Origin: an uncultured Desulfarculus sp.
GTDB lineage: Bacteria > Desulfobacterota > Desulfarculia > Desulfarculales > Desulfarculaceae
Assembly (NCBI GenBank): GCA_963665125.2
Contig: CAXXUK010000001.1
Coordinates: 2,016,001 to 2,080,000, forward strand
Length of the DNA stretch: 64,000 bases
Direction of reading: 5' to 3'
In this document: positions 37,521-46,232 of the stretch, in pieces
How positions within the stretch are numbered: the stretch's first letter is position 1
How the letters are laid out: every line of letters starts with the position of its first letter
The notes under the pieces: model-generated
Seen by the model: the letters and a program-made list of their open reading frames with translations, nothing else
Told to the model about the DNA's origin: nothing
The model's database searches: none
Position numbers and translations under genes: made by a program

Positions 37521-39248
37521 GTGCTGATGATGCCGATGCCGCGCTTATTGCTGATATTCACCCTGGCCGCCATGCTGGGTTTGCCCGGCCTGGCCTTTGG
37601 CGGTTGGGTCGTCGATCATGGCCGGTTGCACGTCTCGGCCCATCGGCAGTTAACGTGCTTTGATTGCCACGAGGACATCACCGAAGTACATCCCCACCCG
37701 GACCAAGCCAATATCAACCGGTGGCGGGACCCGGTCTTCAAGTCATACAAATGCCAGATGTGCCACGACTCGCCCGAGGTTCTGGCCAAAGCGGGCAGCC
37801 ACGGCGGCAAACCTGTCACCAACGAGGGCCAACTGGCCGATTGCGTTGGCTGCCACGATCCGCACTACCTGCCTCCCAAGGGCGGCTGGCCCAAGAGCTT
37901 CGACCCGGCCAAACCCGTGAGCGGACAATGCGGAGTCTGCCACGAGCCCAAGGCCACCCTGCCCGGCATGACGGCCGAGGACGCCAAGTGCGTTTCCTGC
38001 CACCTGGGCGACCCCATGCAGACCTCCGAGTCGTCAAAGAATATTGACCGGAACATGTGTCTGCACTGCCACGCCAAGCCAACGGGCGGCATGGCCGCGG
38101 TGAACCCGTCTGCCGTGGAAGGCGGCCCCCATGCCGATCTAAATTGTCTGGGCTGTCACAGTACGGCGGCCCAATATCCCCACACCTCGCAAAAGGCCGT
38201 TGATTGTCTGGGCTGCCACCAGCGGCACCCGGCAGCCACGGCCCGGGACGCCCACATGGGCGTGGAGTGCCAGGCCTGCCACTTTGGCGGCGCTGAACCG
38301 GCGCGTCGCTGGAAAAGCAACATGGTGGGTCTGAAGGTGCCCGCCGAGGCCAAGGATTTCCACAAGCTGCAAGACCAAAGCGATGGGGCCACTTGCCTGC
38401 GCTGCCACAACCCGCAAAACCAGGTCGGCGCGTCGTCCAAGGTCTTGCCCGCCAAGGGCCTGCTGTGCATCCCCTGCCACGCCTCCACCGGCTCGGTGGC
38501 CGATTGGGTCACGGCTCCGGCATTGGCGCTGTTCCTGGCTGGCCTGGCGCTCATCGTCTCGGTGTGGCTGAGCGCGCCGAAACAGGCCGCCAAGCTGCAC
38601 CCCAAGGGCCCGGAGGCCCACGGCCCAAGCGTGGGAGACTCTATCAAGGCCGTTTTCATGGACGGCCTGTTGCAGCGCCGCCTGTACAAGGCCTCGCCGG
38701 GGCGCTGGGCCATCCACGGGCTGATCTTCTTCCCGTTCGTGGTCCGTTGCGTCTGGGGCCTGATTGCCTGGATCGGCACGGTCTGGGCCCCCGGCTGGAA
38801 TGCGGGCTGGCAAATGATCGCCTCCGACGCCCCGCTGACGGCCTTTGTCTTTGACCTCACCGGCCTGATGGTGGTCATCGGTGTGATCCTGGCCATCTGC
38901 CGCCGCATCGGCGGCCCCAGGCGCCCGGCCGGTCTACCCGGTCCGGACTACCCGGCGGTGATTCTATTGGGTCTGGCCATCATCAGCGGATTCGTGCTGG
39001 AGGCCATGCGCCTGGCCCTGCCCGGCGCTGGTCAGTCGCTCGGCGCCTTCGTGGGCACCATGCTGGCCCCGCTGCTGGAGGGCATTCCCAACCTGGCCAC
39101 CATCTATAGCCGCACCTGGTATATCCACGCCGCGATATGGGGCCTGTTTGTGGTATATCTGCCATTCAGCAGGATGAAGCACATGATCCTGACGCCCATT
39201 GCCCTGGCCCTGAATGCGGGCGGCCACGGCCACGAAAACAAGGACTGA
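37521..39248 (+). CDS. Multiheme (11 CxxCH) cytochrome c fused to a NarI/DsrM-like membrane cytochrome b domain
   Basis: Signal peptide; CFDCH, CQMCH, CVGCH, CGVCH, CVSCH, CLHCH, CLGCH x2, CQACH, CLRCH, CIPCH; TM domain 'RWAIHGLIF', 'SGFVLEAMR', 'WYIH', 'YLPFSRMKH'. Confidence 0.88.
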   Translation: MLMMPMPRLLLIFTLAAMLGLPGLAFGGWVVDHGRLHVSAHRQLTCFDCHEDITEVHPHPDQANINRWRDPVFKSYKCQMCHDSPEVLAKAGSHGGKPVTNEGQLADCVGCHDPHYLPPKGGWPKSFDPAKPVSGQCGVCHEPKATLPGMTAEDAKCVSCHLGDPMQTSESSKNIDRNMCLHCHAKPTGGMAAVNPSAVEGGPHADLNCLGCHSTAAQYPHTSQKAVDCLGCHQRHPAATARDAHMGVECQACHFGGAEPARRWKSNMVGLKVPAEAKDFHKLQDQSDGATCLRCHNPQNQVGASSKVLPAKGLLCIPCHASTGSVADWVTAPALALFLAGLALIVSVWLSAPKQAAKLHPKGPEAHGPSVGDSIKAVFMDGLLQRRLYKASPGRWAIHGLIFFPFVVRCVWGLIAWIGTVWAPGWNAGWQMIASDAPLTAFVFDLTGLMVVIGVILAICRRIGGPRRPAGLPGPDYPAVILLGLAIISGFVLEAMRLALPGAGQSLGAFVGTMLAPLLEGIPNLATIYSRTWYIHAAIWGLFVVYLPFSRMKHMILTPIALALNAGGHGHENKD

Positions 39249-39270
39249 AACCTCGTTACTGGGAGATGAC

Positions 39271-39687
39271 ATGGATATTCAAGGCTACAACATCCCCGAA
39301 GACCTTTATTACGACAAGGAACACTACTGGGTCCGCCAGGAAGGCGACGTGCTGGTCATGGGCATGACCGATTTCGCCCAAAAGCTGGCCGGCGAGATCG
39401 TCTACGTGCAGCTTCCCTTTGAGGGCAAATCCCTGACCCAGGGCAAGAAGTTCGCCAAGGTCGAAAGCGGCAAATGGGTGGGCAAGATTTTCGCCCCTGT
39501 GGACGGCGAGTTAACCGAATCCAACGAAGCCCTGGAAGACAGCCCCGGCCTGGTCAACACCGACCCTTACGGCGCGGGCTGGATGTACAAGATCAAGCCC
39601 GAAAGCATGGGCGACATCGAGAGCCTGATCCACGGCGCGGCGGCCATCGAGGCATGGATGAACGACGAGATCGCAAAGCACAAGTAA
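39271..39687 (+). CDS. GcvH-like / LbpA-type lipoyl carrier protein
   Basis: 'LYYDKEHYW', 'GMTDFAQ..AGEIVYV', lipoyl-Lys motif 'VESGKWVG', 'VNTDPYGAGW'. Confidence 0.9.
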   Translation: MDIQGYNIPEDLYYDKEHYWVRQEGDVLVMGMTDFAQKLAGEIVYVQLPFEGKSLTQGKKFAKVESGKWVGKIFAPVDGELTESNEALEDSPGLVNTDPYGAGWMYKIKPESMGDIESLIHGAAAIEAWMNDEIAKHK

Positions 39688-39699
39688 CGAGGACTTGAA

Positions 39700-40896
39700 G
39701 TGGCCATTAGCAATTACACTGCCCGCCAAATGCTGGAAGTCGATGCCTGCACGGGCTGCGGCCTGTGCGTGGATGTCTGCCCGGCCGTGGAGGCCTCGGG
39801 CGACGGCCGTCTCTCGGGCCAGCACCGCCTGCACAGCCTGGGCAAGCTCAACAGGCAGCGGGCCGGCTGGCTGCGCCGCCTGCTGGCGGGCAAGGCCCCC
39901 ACGGCCGATGAGCTGAAAGAATTCGGCGACACGGTCTTCGCCTGCACCCTGTGCGGACGCTGCCAGGAAGTCTGTCCGGCGGGACTGCACCTCAAGGACC
40001 TGTGGACGGCGCTGCGGGCCGACATGGTGCAAGAGAAGGCCGGACCGGCCAAGATCCGCATGATCCGGGACAACCTGCTGGGCAGCCGCAATGTTTTTGA
40101 CGAAGACAACGAGGAGCGGGCCGAGTGGGTCGAGGACATGCGGCGCCCCCCCAAGGACGGCTATATCCGCGACCGGGCCGAGGTGGTCTATTTCACCGGC
40201 TGCGTGGCGGCCTATTTCCCCATGGCCCAGAAGATCCCCATGGCCCTGGCCCAGATCTGCGACGCCAATGGCATTGATTTCACGCTCATGGGCGAGGATG
40301 AATGGTGCTGCGGCTTCCCGCTCATCGGCGCGGGCCTGTCCAACCTGGCCGGGGAGTTTATCGAACACAATATAGAAGCGGTCAGAGAACGCGGGGCCAA
40401 GAAGGTCGTGTTCGCCTGCCCGTCGTGCTACCAGATGTGGCGGGAGCACTACCCCCACGAATTCCAGATGCAGCACGCCAGCCAGTTCATGCGCGACCTG
40501 CTGGCCCAAAATCCCATCAAGGCCGCGCCCCTGGACCTGACCGTGACCTTCCATGACCCCTGCGACCTGGGCCGGGCGGCCAGGGAATTCGAAGCACCCC
40601 GCCGGGTCATCGCCTCTCTGCCGGGGGTCAAGCTGGTGGAGATGGCCAATAGCCGCGAAAACTGCAAGTGCTGCGGCGGCGGCGGCAATCTGGAGATGAT
40701 CGATGCGGGCCTGTCGGCAGACATCACCGCGGCCAAGATCGCCGAGGTCATGGAGACCGGAGCCCAGGCCGTGATCACATCCTGCCAGCAGTGCGTGCGG
40801 ACCATGACCGGTCACGTGCGTAAAAACAAGCTCCCCCTGGAGGTCATGGACCTGACCGAACTGGTCCTGCGGGCCATGACCAACAAGGCGGAGTAA
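39700..40896 (+). CDS. HdrD/GlpC-like Fe-S oxidoreductase (2x[4Fe-4S] + 2 CCG domains)
   Basis: 'CTGCGLCVDVCP', 'CTLCGRCQEVCP', 'FTGC..WCCG..CPSC', 'HDPC..CCGGGG..CQQC'. Confidence 0.9.
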   Translation: MAISNYTARQMLEVDACTGCGLCVDVCPAVEASGDGRLSGQHRLHSLGKLNRQRAGWLRRLLAGKAPTADELKEFGDTVFACTLCGRCQEVCPAGLHLKDLWTALRADMVQEKAGPAKIRMIRDNLLGSRNVFDEDNEERAEWVEDMRRPPKDGYIRDRAEVVYFTGCVAAYFPMAQKIPMALAQICDANGIDFTLMGEDEWCCGFPLIGAGLSNLAGEFIEHNIEAVRERGAKKVVFACPSCYQMWREHYPHEFQMQHASQFMRDLLAQNPIKAAPLDLTVTFHDPCDLGRAAREFEAPRRVIASLPGVKLVEMANSRENCKCCGGGGNLEMIDAGLSADITAAKIAEVMETGAQAVITSCQQCVRTMTGHVRKNKLPLEVMDLTELVLRAMTNKAE

Positions 40897-40898
40897 TC

Positions 40899-41951
40899 AT
40901 GGCCATCGGGCTGTACAACCGGGGCAAAGTTCCCTGGGCCGACAGCCAGCTCATCTATCACGCCCTGGGCAATCTGGGCCGGGAGGCCCTGTCTTTGGTT
41001 TCGCCGGCCACGCCCTATGTCTGCGTGGGCTTTCACCAGGATACGGCCCAGGAAGTGGACCTGGAATACTGCCGCCAGGCCGGAATACCGCTATTCAAGC
41101 GCGAGGTCGGCGGCGGCGCGGTGTATCTGGACGGCAACCAACTTTTCTTCCAATTGATCCTGCGGCGGGACAATCCCCTGCTGCCCGCCAACCGGGACAA
41201 ATTCTACCGCCGCTTTCTGGAGCCGGTGGTGGAGGCCTACCGCCGCATCGGCATAGACGCCACATTCAAGCCGGTCAACGATGTCGTCACCGGAACCAAG
41301 AAGATAAGCGGCACGGGCGTGGGCGAAATCGGCCCCTGCGTGGTTTTTGTGGGCAACATGATCCTGGATTTCGACTTTGAAACCATGGCCAGGGTGCTCA
41401 AGGTGCCGGATGAAAAATTCCGGGGCAAATTCGCCAAGACCATGCAAGGCAACATGAGCACCATCCGCCGGGAATTGGGCCCGGCCGCCGAAGCATGGAC
41501 CGAGGAAAAGCTCAACGCCATCATGGCCGATGAATTCGCCAAGGTCCTGGGGCCACTGGAACCGCTGGACATGGACGCCGAACTGCGCGCCGAGATGGAC
41601 CGCCTGGCCGGTTTGATGCTCACCGAGGATTGGCTCATGCGCAAGGGCCGCCGCCTGCCGGGCCGCAAGGTCAAAATCCGAGCCGGTCTGGAACTGGTGC
41701 GGCGCACGCACAAGGCCCCCGGCGGTCTGTTGCGGGCCGAGTGGGAACTGGTGGAAGACCGCTACCGGGGCGTGAGCATTTCCGGAGACATCTTCGCCTT
41801 TCCTCCGTCGGCACTGGAGGCCTTGGAACAGGCCCTGGAGGGCGCGCCCAGGCGGGATGTCTCCAAGGCACTGGAGGATTTTTTAGCCATGACAGGGGCC
41901 GAATTTCCCGGTGTCGCCACTGAGGATTGGCTGGATTTACTATGTTCATAG
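40899..41951 (+). CDS. Lipoate-protein ligase family protein (LplA-type with C-terminal domain)
   Basis: 'VGFHQD', 'REVGGGAVYLD', 'PVNDV', 'KKISGTG', C-terminal 'KAPGGL..ISGD.F'. Confidence 0.88.
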   Translation: MAIGLYNRGKVPWADSQLIYHALGNLGREALSLVSPATPYVCVGFHQDTAQEVDLEYCRQAGIPLFKREVGGGAVYLDGNQLFFQLILRRDNPLLPANRDKFYRRFLEPVVEAYRRIGIDATFKPVNDVVTGTKKISGTGVGEIGPCVVFVGNMILDFDFETMARVLKVPDEKFRGKFAKTMQGNMSTIRRELGPAAEAWTEEKLNAIMADEFAKVLGPLEPLDMDAELRAEMDRLAGLMLTEDWLMRKGRRLPGRKVKIRAGLELVRRTHKAPGGLLRAEWELVEDRYRGVSISGDIFAFPPSALEALEQALEGAPRRDVSKALEDFLAMTGAEFPGVATEDWLDLLCS

Positions 41952-42175
41952 CTATGACCAATGTTAATTTATAAATTTTTTCGATAAAAAGTATAAGGGA
42001 CGGCAAGGTTGTTACGTCTTTGATGTCTATGGGCGGAGAGTTGTCCGCGTAATTACAGGCGGGGCCTGCACGTCGGCCCGGTTGCCGAAGTCAAAAAGAG
42101 CTCGCATAAATATACGAAAACGGCTACTTTTCCGTCCGGAATCATTGGGGTTGACAAACAAACGAAAGGTAAAAC

Positions 42176-42661
42176 ATGACTGGTAAAATGCGAAGTGTCT
42201 GTTCTGTTTTGTTGTTGACGGCCCTGAGCTGCCTGATGTCCTTCTCCCTTGTTTTGGCCGCCCAAGCGAACCAGGACCAGGAAAAGGATGTGGAGGCAAT
42301 GGTTAATGCGGCGGTGAAGCTGATCCAGGAAAAGGGCGTCGCGGCATTTGATGAACTTAACAAGGGCGGAGACGCCTGGGTTAAGGGAGCCACGGGAATC
42401 TTCGTCTCCGACGGCGCTGGCATTGAGCTGGCCAACCCGGCCCAGCCGGAAATAGTCGGCAAGAACGTCAAGGACATCCCCGGCGCGGCCGAAACATTCG
42501 AGGGGCAATGGAAGCTGGTCCAGGAAAAGGGCCAGGGCTGGTACGATGGTTCCTGGCAGAAGCCGGGAACTGACAAGCAAACCAGCTGCCGCAGCTTTGT
42601 CAAAGGCGTGGAAGTCGGCGGCCAACAGTACCTCGTGGGAGCCGCCTATTATCTGGACTAG
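42176..42661 (+). CDS. Stand-alone exported single-Cache-domain protein
   Basis: Signal peptide; 'AMVNAAVKLI...G...AF', 'NP.QP.IVGKN', 'GQGWY...W.KPG'; start codon uncertain (42176/42188). Confidence 0.75.
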   Translation: MTGKMRSVCSVLLLTALSCLMSFSLVLAAQANQDQEKDVEAMVNAAVKLIQEKGVAAFDELNKGGDAWVKGATGIFVSDGAGIELANPAQPEIVGKNVKDIPGAAETFEGQWKLVQEKGQGWYDGSWQKPGTDKQTSCRSFVKGVEVGGQQYLVGAAYYLD

Positions 42662-42740
42662 CCATGGTCCTTGAAATAGACGCATGACAACAGCGGCTGG
42701 GGCCGGATCGGCTCCGGCCGCTGTTTCTTTTCGCCATGAT

Positions 42741-43724
42741 CTATGCGCCCTCGGCGGGACGAGCCCACCCCAGGCGCAGGAACACCAGCGGGGCCAGTCC
42801 GGTGAACCACAAGCCGCTCAGCAGACCCGTGGCCATTATGGCCGCCCACGCCGCGGCGGTTTCGCGGCCCAGGCTGACGTAGAACGCCCCGCCTGCGGCG
42901 TTGAGCCCCACCACCACCACGAAACCCAGCGCAAAGGCGGCGATGCGCCGACCCCACGTCTCGGCTGGTCTGAACCAGCCTTTGGCGTGCATCAGGATAC
43001 CGCCCAAGGCTATGCCCAGGAACATGCCGCTATGGGCGAAAATGCTTTTCAGGCGCAGGGGGGCGATGACGCCCTCGGGGCCGCAGACGGCAAAGGAGTT
43101 GTTTTGCCAGATAGTAGGCACGCTCCAGCCGTCCAGCAGTTGCCGCGAGTATACGCCGACAACCACAAGGGCGGTGGTCACCAATACGGCAATGGCGATC
43201 ATCGCCATGGTCCGATCTTCCAGCATTGCCATGAACGGTTTTTCCAAACGGAAGAACATGTAGACGATCATCGCCCCCACAACCCAGCCCACCAGGACCT
43301 GGGTTGGAAAATGCACGCCCAATACAGGCCGGGAAACTCCGACCAGCAGGGTCATGGCAATACAGGCCGCCCAGACCCAGCGGCGGTGAACGGCCGTGGC
43401 CAGGCCCAGCCACATCACCGCGGCCGTCTGGGCGTGACCCGAAGGCATTCCGAAGCCCTTGTGAATGCCGTAGGCAGTTATGCTGGTATCGACCCAGTAT
43501 GGCCGGGGTTCGTGGATGAAGACCTTGAGCTCATTGTTGATTATCCCGGAAAAAGGCACCAGCAGGGCCAGCCGGAAGCCCACGCCGGGAGAAACGCACC
43601 AGTAGACAAAGCTGATAATGACGATATAGGCCGCCGCGTAGCCAAGCTGGGTTACGGCCTTCATGGGCCAGACCAGCCAGGGCCCCCACCCCTGCAGCCA
43701 GTGAATCAGTTCAAATTCCCACAT
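42741..43724 (-). CDS. PAP2 family phosphatase, membrane protein
   Basis: 'K......PRP', 'PSGH', 'SRPVLGVHFPTQV'. Confidence 0.9.
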   Translation of the reverse strand: MWEFELIHWLQGWGPWLVWPMKAVTQLGYAAAYIVIISFVYWCVSPGVGFRLALLVPFSGIINNELKVFIHEPRPYWVDTSITAYGIHKGFGMPSGHAQTAAVMWLGLATAVHRRWVWAACIAMTLLVGVSRPVLGVHFPTQVLVGWVVGAMIVYMFFRLEKPFMAMLEDRTMAMIAIAVLVTTALVVVGVYSRQLLDGWSVPTIWQNNSFAVCGPEGVIAPLRLKSIFAHSGMFLGIALGGILMHAKGWFRPAETWGRRIAAFALGFVVVVGLNAAGGAFYVSLGRETAAAWAAIMATGLLSGLWFTGLAPLVFLRLGWARPAEGA

Positions 43725-43786
43725 CAATTGACCTCCGGCGGACAAAACACTGTTGCCAATCTACGACAAACCGGATTGCTTTGGGC

Positions 43787-43823
43787 AAAAAAAGTCCCGG
43801 CCCGGTCGAAACCAGGCCGAGAC
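43787..43823 (-). terminator. Intrinsic terminator after the acyl-CoA dehydrogenase
   Basis: Hairpin gtcccggcccggt-cgaa-accaggccgagac with 7 A on + (U tract on -). Confidence 0.65.
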
Positions 43824-43926
43824 AGCCGAAGGGATGAGGGCGGCCCGCCGGGTTGGGTGGATCCCGGCGGCCCTCAGGAGAAACATGTTGTGCGATAAAG
43901 GCAATGGCTGCCTTTATCAAGGGAGT

Positions 43927-45750
43927 TTAAAAGCACGCCTCCGGGATGGTGATGGCGCTGTCGTCTTCCAGGGCCAGGGAAGAATAGCGGCCGAACACGT
44001 TGGGCAGGAAGTTGCGGCAGAAGTACTTCGCCGTGGCGACCTTGCCGGTGTAGAAGATGCCGTCGGCGCTGGACGGGTCCACGGTGGCCAGCTTTTCCCG
44101 GGCGATCATGCCCTGCTCCAGCATCAGCTGGGCCAGGATGATCTCGGCCAGGCAGTCCTGGAAACGAGTGGCGGCCAGCGGGATGAGCTGGGCCCGGCCG
44201 TCGCCGAAGTAGCCCATGAACTTCATGGCGATGTCGCCAACGGCCTGGGTGGCCTTGAACAGGGTCTTGAAGTCCGGCGCGAAGTCGTCGTCTTCCTTGT
44301 TGGCGGAGGTGAAGTCCATGATGCCCTGCAGCAGGTTCTGGAAGACCTTGCCGCCTTCAAGCTGCATCTTGCGGCCGATGAGGTCCAAGGCCTGGATGTA
44401 GTTGGTGCCTTCCCAGATGCTGATGATCTTCATGTCGCGGGCGTATTGCTCAACCGGGAACTCGGAGCAGTAGCCGACGCCGCCCATGGACTGCATGGAG
44501 TCGCGGATAACCTCGAAGCCCTTGTCCGAGGCGTAGCTCTTGGCCACCGGCAGCAGCAGGTCGGCCAGGTGCTCGGCCGCATGGGCCTTTTCCTCGTCCG
44601 TTTCGTTTTCAGCGATATCCACCAAGTAGCCGATCTTGAACAGCATGGCGCGCATGGCCTCGCTGAAGGCCTTGCCGTTCATGAGCATGCGGCGCACGTC
44701 TTCGTGGTTGATGATCGTCACGGCGGCGCCCCGGCGGTCAATGAACGGGGCGCTCTGCACGCGCTCCTTGGCATAGATGCGGGCCGTGTCATAGGCGCTG
44801 GCGGCCAGGCCCAGGGCCTGCATGCCGCAGCCCAGGCGGGCTTCGTTCATCATCTGGAACATCTTGGGCATGCCGGTGCGGGGCTCGCCCAGGATGATGC
44901 CGCGGCACTTGCCGTTTTCACCGAAGTTCAGGGTGCAGGTGCTGGAGCCGTGCACGCCCATCTTGTGCTCGATACCGGCGGTGAACACGTCGTTGGGCTC
45001 GCCCAGGCTGCCGTCGGGGTTGACCCATATCTTGGGTACAATGAACAGGCTCAGGCCCTTGGTGCCCTCGGGATCGCCCTCCACGCGGGCCAACACCAGG
45101 TGGATCACGTTTTCGGTCATGTCGTGGTCGCCGCAGGAAATGAACCGCTTGACGCCGTCGATGAAGTAAATGCGGTCGTCATCGCTGGAGGTGTCCTTTA
45201 CGGCCTTGGTGCGGGCGGCGCCGACATCGGAACCGGCGTCGGGCTCGGTCAGACACATGGTGCCGGTGGCCTCGCCTGAGTAGAGCATGGGGCAGAACAG
45301 CTCTTTGTCTTCATCGGTGCCGTAGTTTTCAATGACGCGGCCCGCAGCGGAGCAGAAGCCGGTGTACATGGCAAAGGCCATGTTGGCGCCGAAGAAAATC
45401 TCGGTAACCAGGGCGGACAGGCTCTGGGGCAGGCCCTGGCCGCCGAAGTCCATCTTGTTGGCGTAGGAGACCCAGCCGTTTTCGCACATGACAGCAAAGG
45501 CTTCGTGGAAGCTCTTGGGCAGGGTTACGCTGCCGTCGGTGTTGTACACCGCGCCCTCGCGGTCGCCGTCCTGGTTGGCCGGGCCAAGCATTTCGCGGCC
45601 CACCTTCAGGGACTCGTCGATGACCATGTTGAAGTCGTCGGCCTCGTAATCGGCAAAGGCGTCGTATTTTACGATGTCTTCCATATTGAAGTGCTCGTTG
45701 AGCAGAAATTTGTAATCCCTGTCATCGCGCTTGAAGTAGTTGATACCCAT
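43927..45750 (-). CDS. Acyl-CoA dehydrogenase (long ~600-aa type)
   Basis: 'TMCLTEPDAGSD', 'GTKGLSLFIVPK', 'IEHKMG', 'MFQMMNEARL', 'GGVGY', 'IWEGTNYIQA'. Confidence 0.95.
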   Translation of the reverse strand: MGINYFKRDDRDYKFLLNEHFNMEDIVKYDAFADYEADDFNMVIDESLKVGREMLGPANQDGDREGAVYNTDGSVTLPKSFHEAFAVMCENGWVSYANKMDFGGQGLPQSLSALVTEIFFGANMAFAMYTGFCSAAGRVIENYGTDEDKELFCPMLYSGEATGTMCLTEPDAGSDVGAARTKAVKDTSSDDDRIYFIDGVKRFISCGDHDMTENVIHLVLARVEGDPEGTKGLSLFIVPKIWVNPDGSLGEPNDVFTAGIEHKMGVHGSSTCTLNFGENGKCRGIILGEPRTGMPKMFQMMNEARLGCGMQALGLAASAYDTARIYAKERVQSAPFIDRRGAAVTIINHEDVRRMLMNGKAFSEAMRAMLFKIGYLVDIAENETDEEKAHAAEHLADLLLPVAKSYASDKGFEVIRDSMQSMGGVGYCSEFPVEQYARDMKIISIWEGTNYIQALDLIGRKMQLEGGKVFQNLLQGIMDFTSANKEDDDFAPDFKTLFKATQAVGDIAMKFMGYFGDGRAQLIPLAATRFQDCLAEIILAQLMLEQGMIAREKLATVDPSSADGIFYTGKVATAKYFCRNFLPNVFGRYSSLALEDDSAITIPEACF

Positions 45751-45870
45751 GATCTTTCTCCCTCGATTCAAAGTAGGCCCGTAGAGACCGATATCGGCGC
45801 CTGGTGGAGCGGGTCGCGCGGGCAATGTTTCATGACGGCATATCTGATCCGCGCCAAGCCGCGGTGAATT

Positions 45871-45886
45871 ATGAATCACTATTCAT
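45871..45886. promoter_or_regulatory. Palindrome ATGAAT-CACT-ATTCAT, candidate TetR/FadR-type operator
   Basis: Perfect 6-bp arms, ~120 bp upstream of the acyl-CoA dehydrogenase start. Confidence 0.55.
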
Positions 45887-46232
45887 GCAGCAACTACTAT
45901 AGCTCACCAGACTTTCGTTGTCACGCCACTGTTTACTTTTTTAATATTTTTTCGGGTCGGAGGATGGCAATTGGACCTATTTCATACACATTATTAAAGG
46001 AACAGGCCAATAGCCAACCGAGTGCTGTTTAGATTGTCCACCATTCCACGGTATTCAGAGCATGGTGGTGCGGCTGAACGGAGTTGGTTAAAATGAAGTA
46101 GTGATACTTCATTAAAAATCATGGCGGCCGCAACATATTTAACACTGTTTATGTTATTATTCGCAAACAACTAAGCAACCTTATGGCTTATCCATATTTG
46201 CTTGATTCAATCCGAACGTAGCGGGTGGGAAA

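Noticed and set aside
39271..39687. Calling this a glycine cleavage system
   Set aside because: No gcvP or gcvT in the window, and the lipoyl motif is atypical for canonical GcvH
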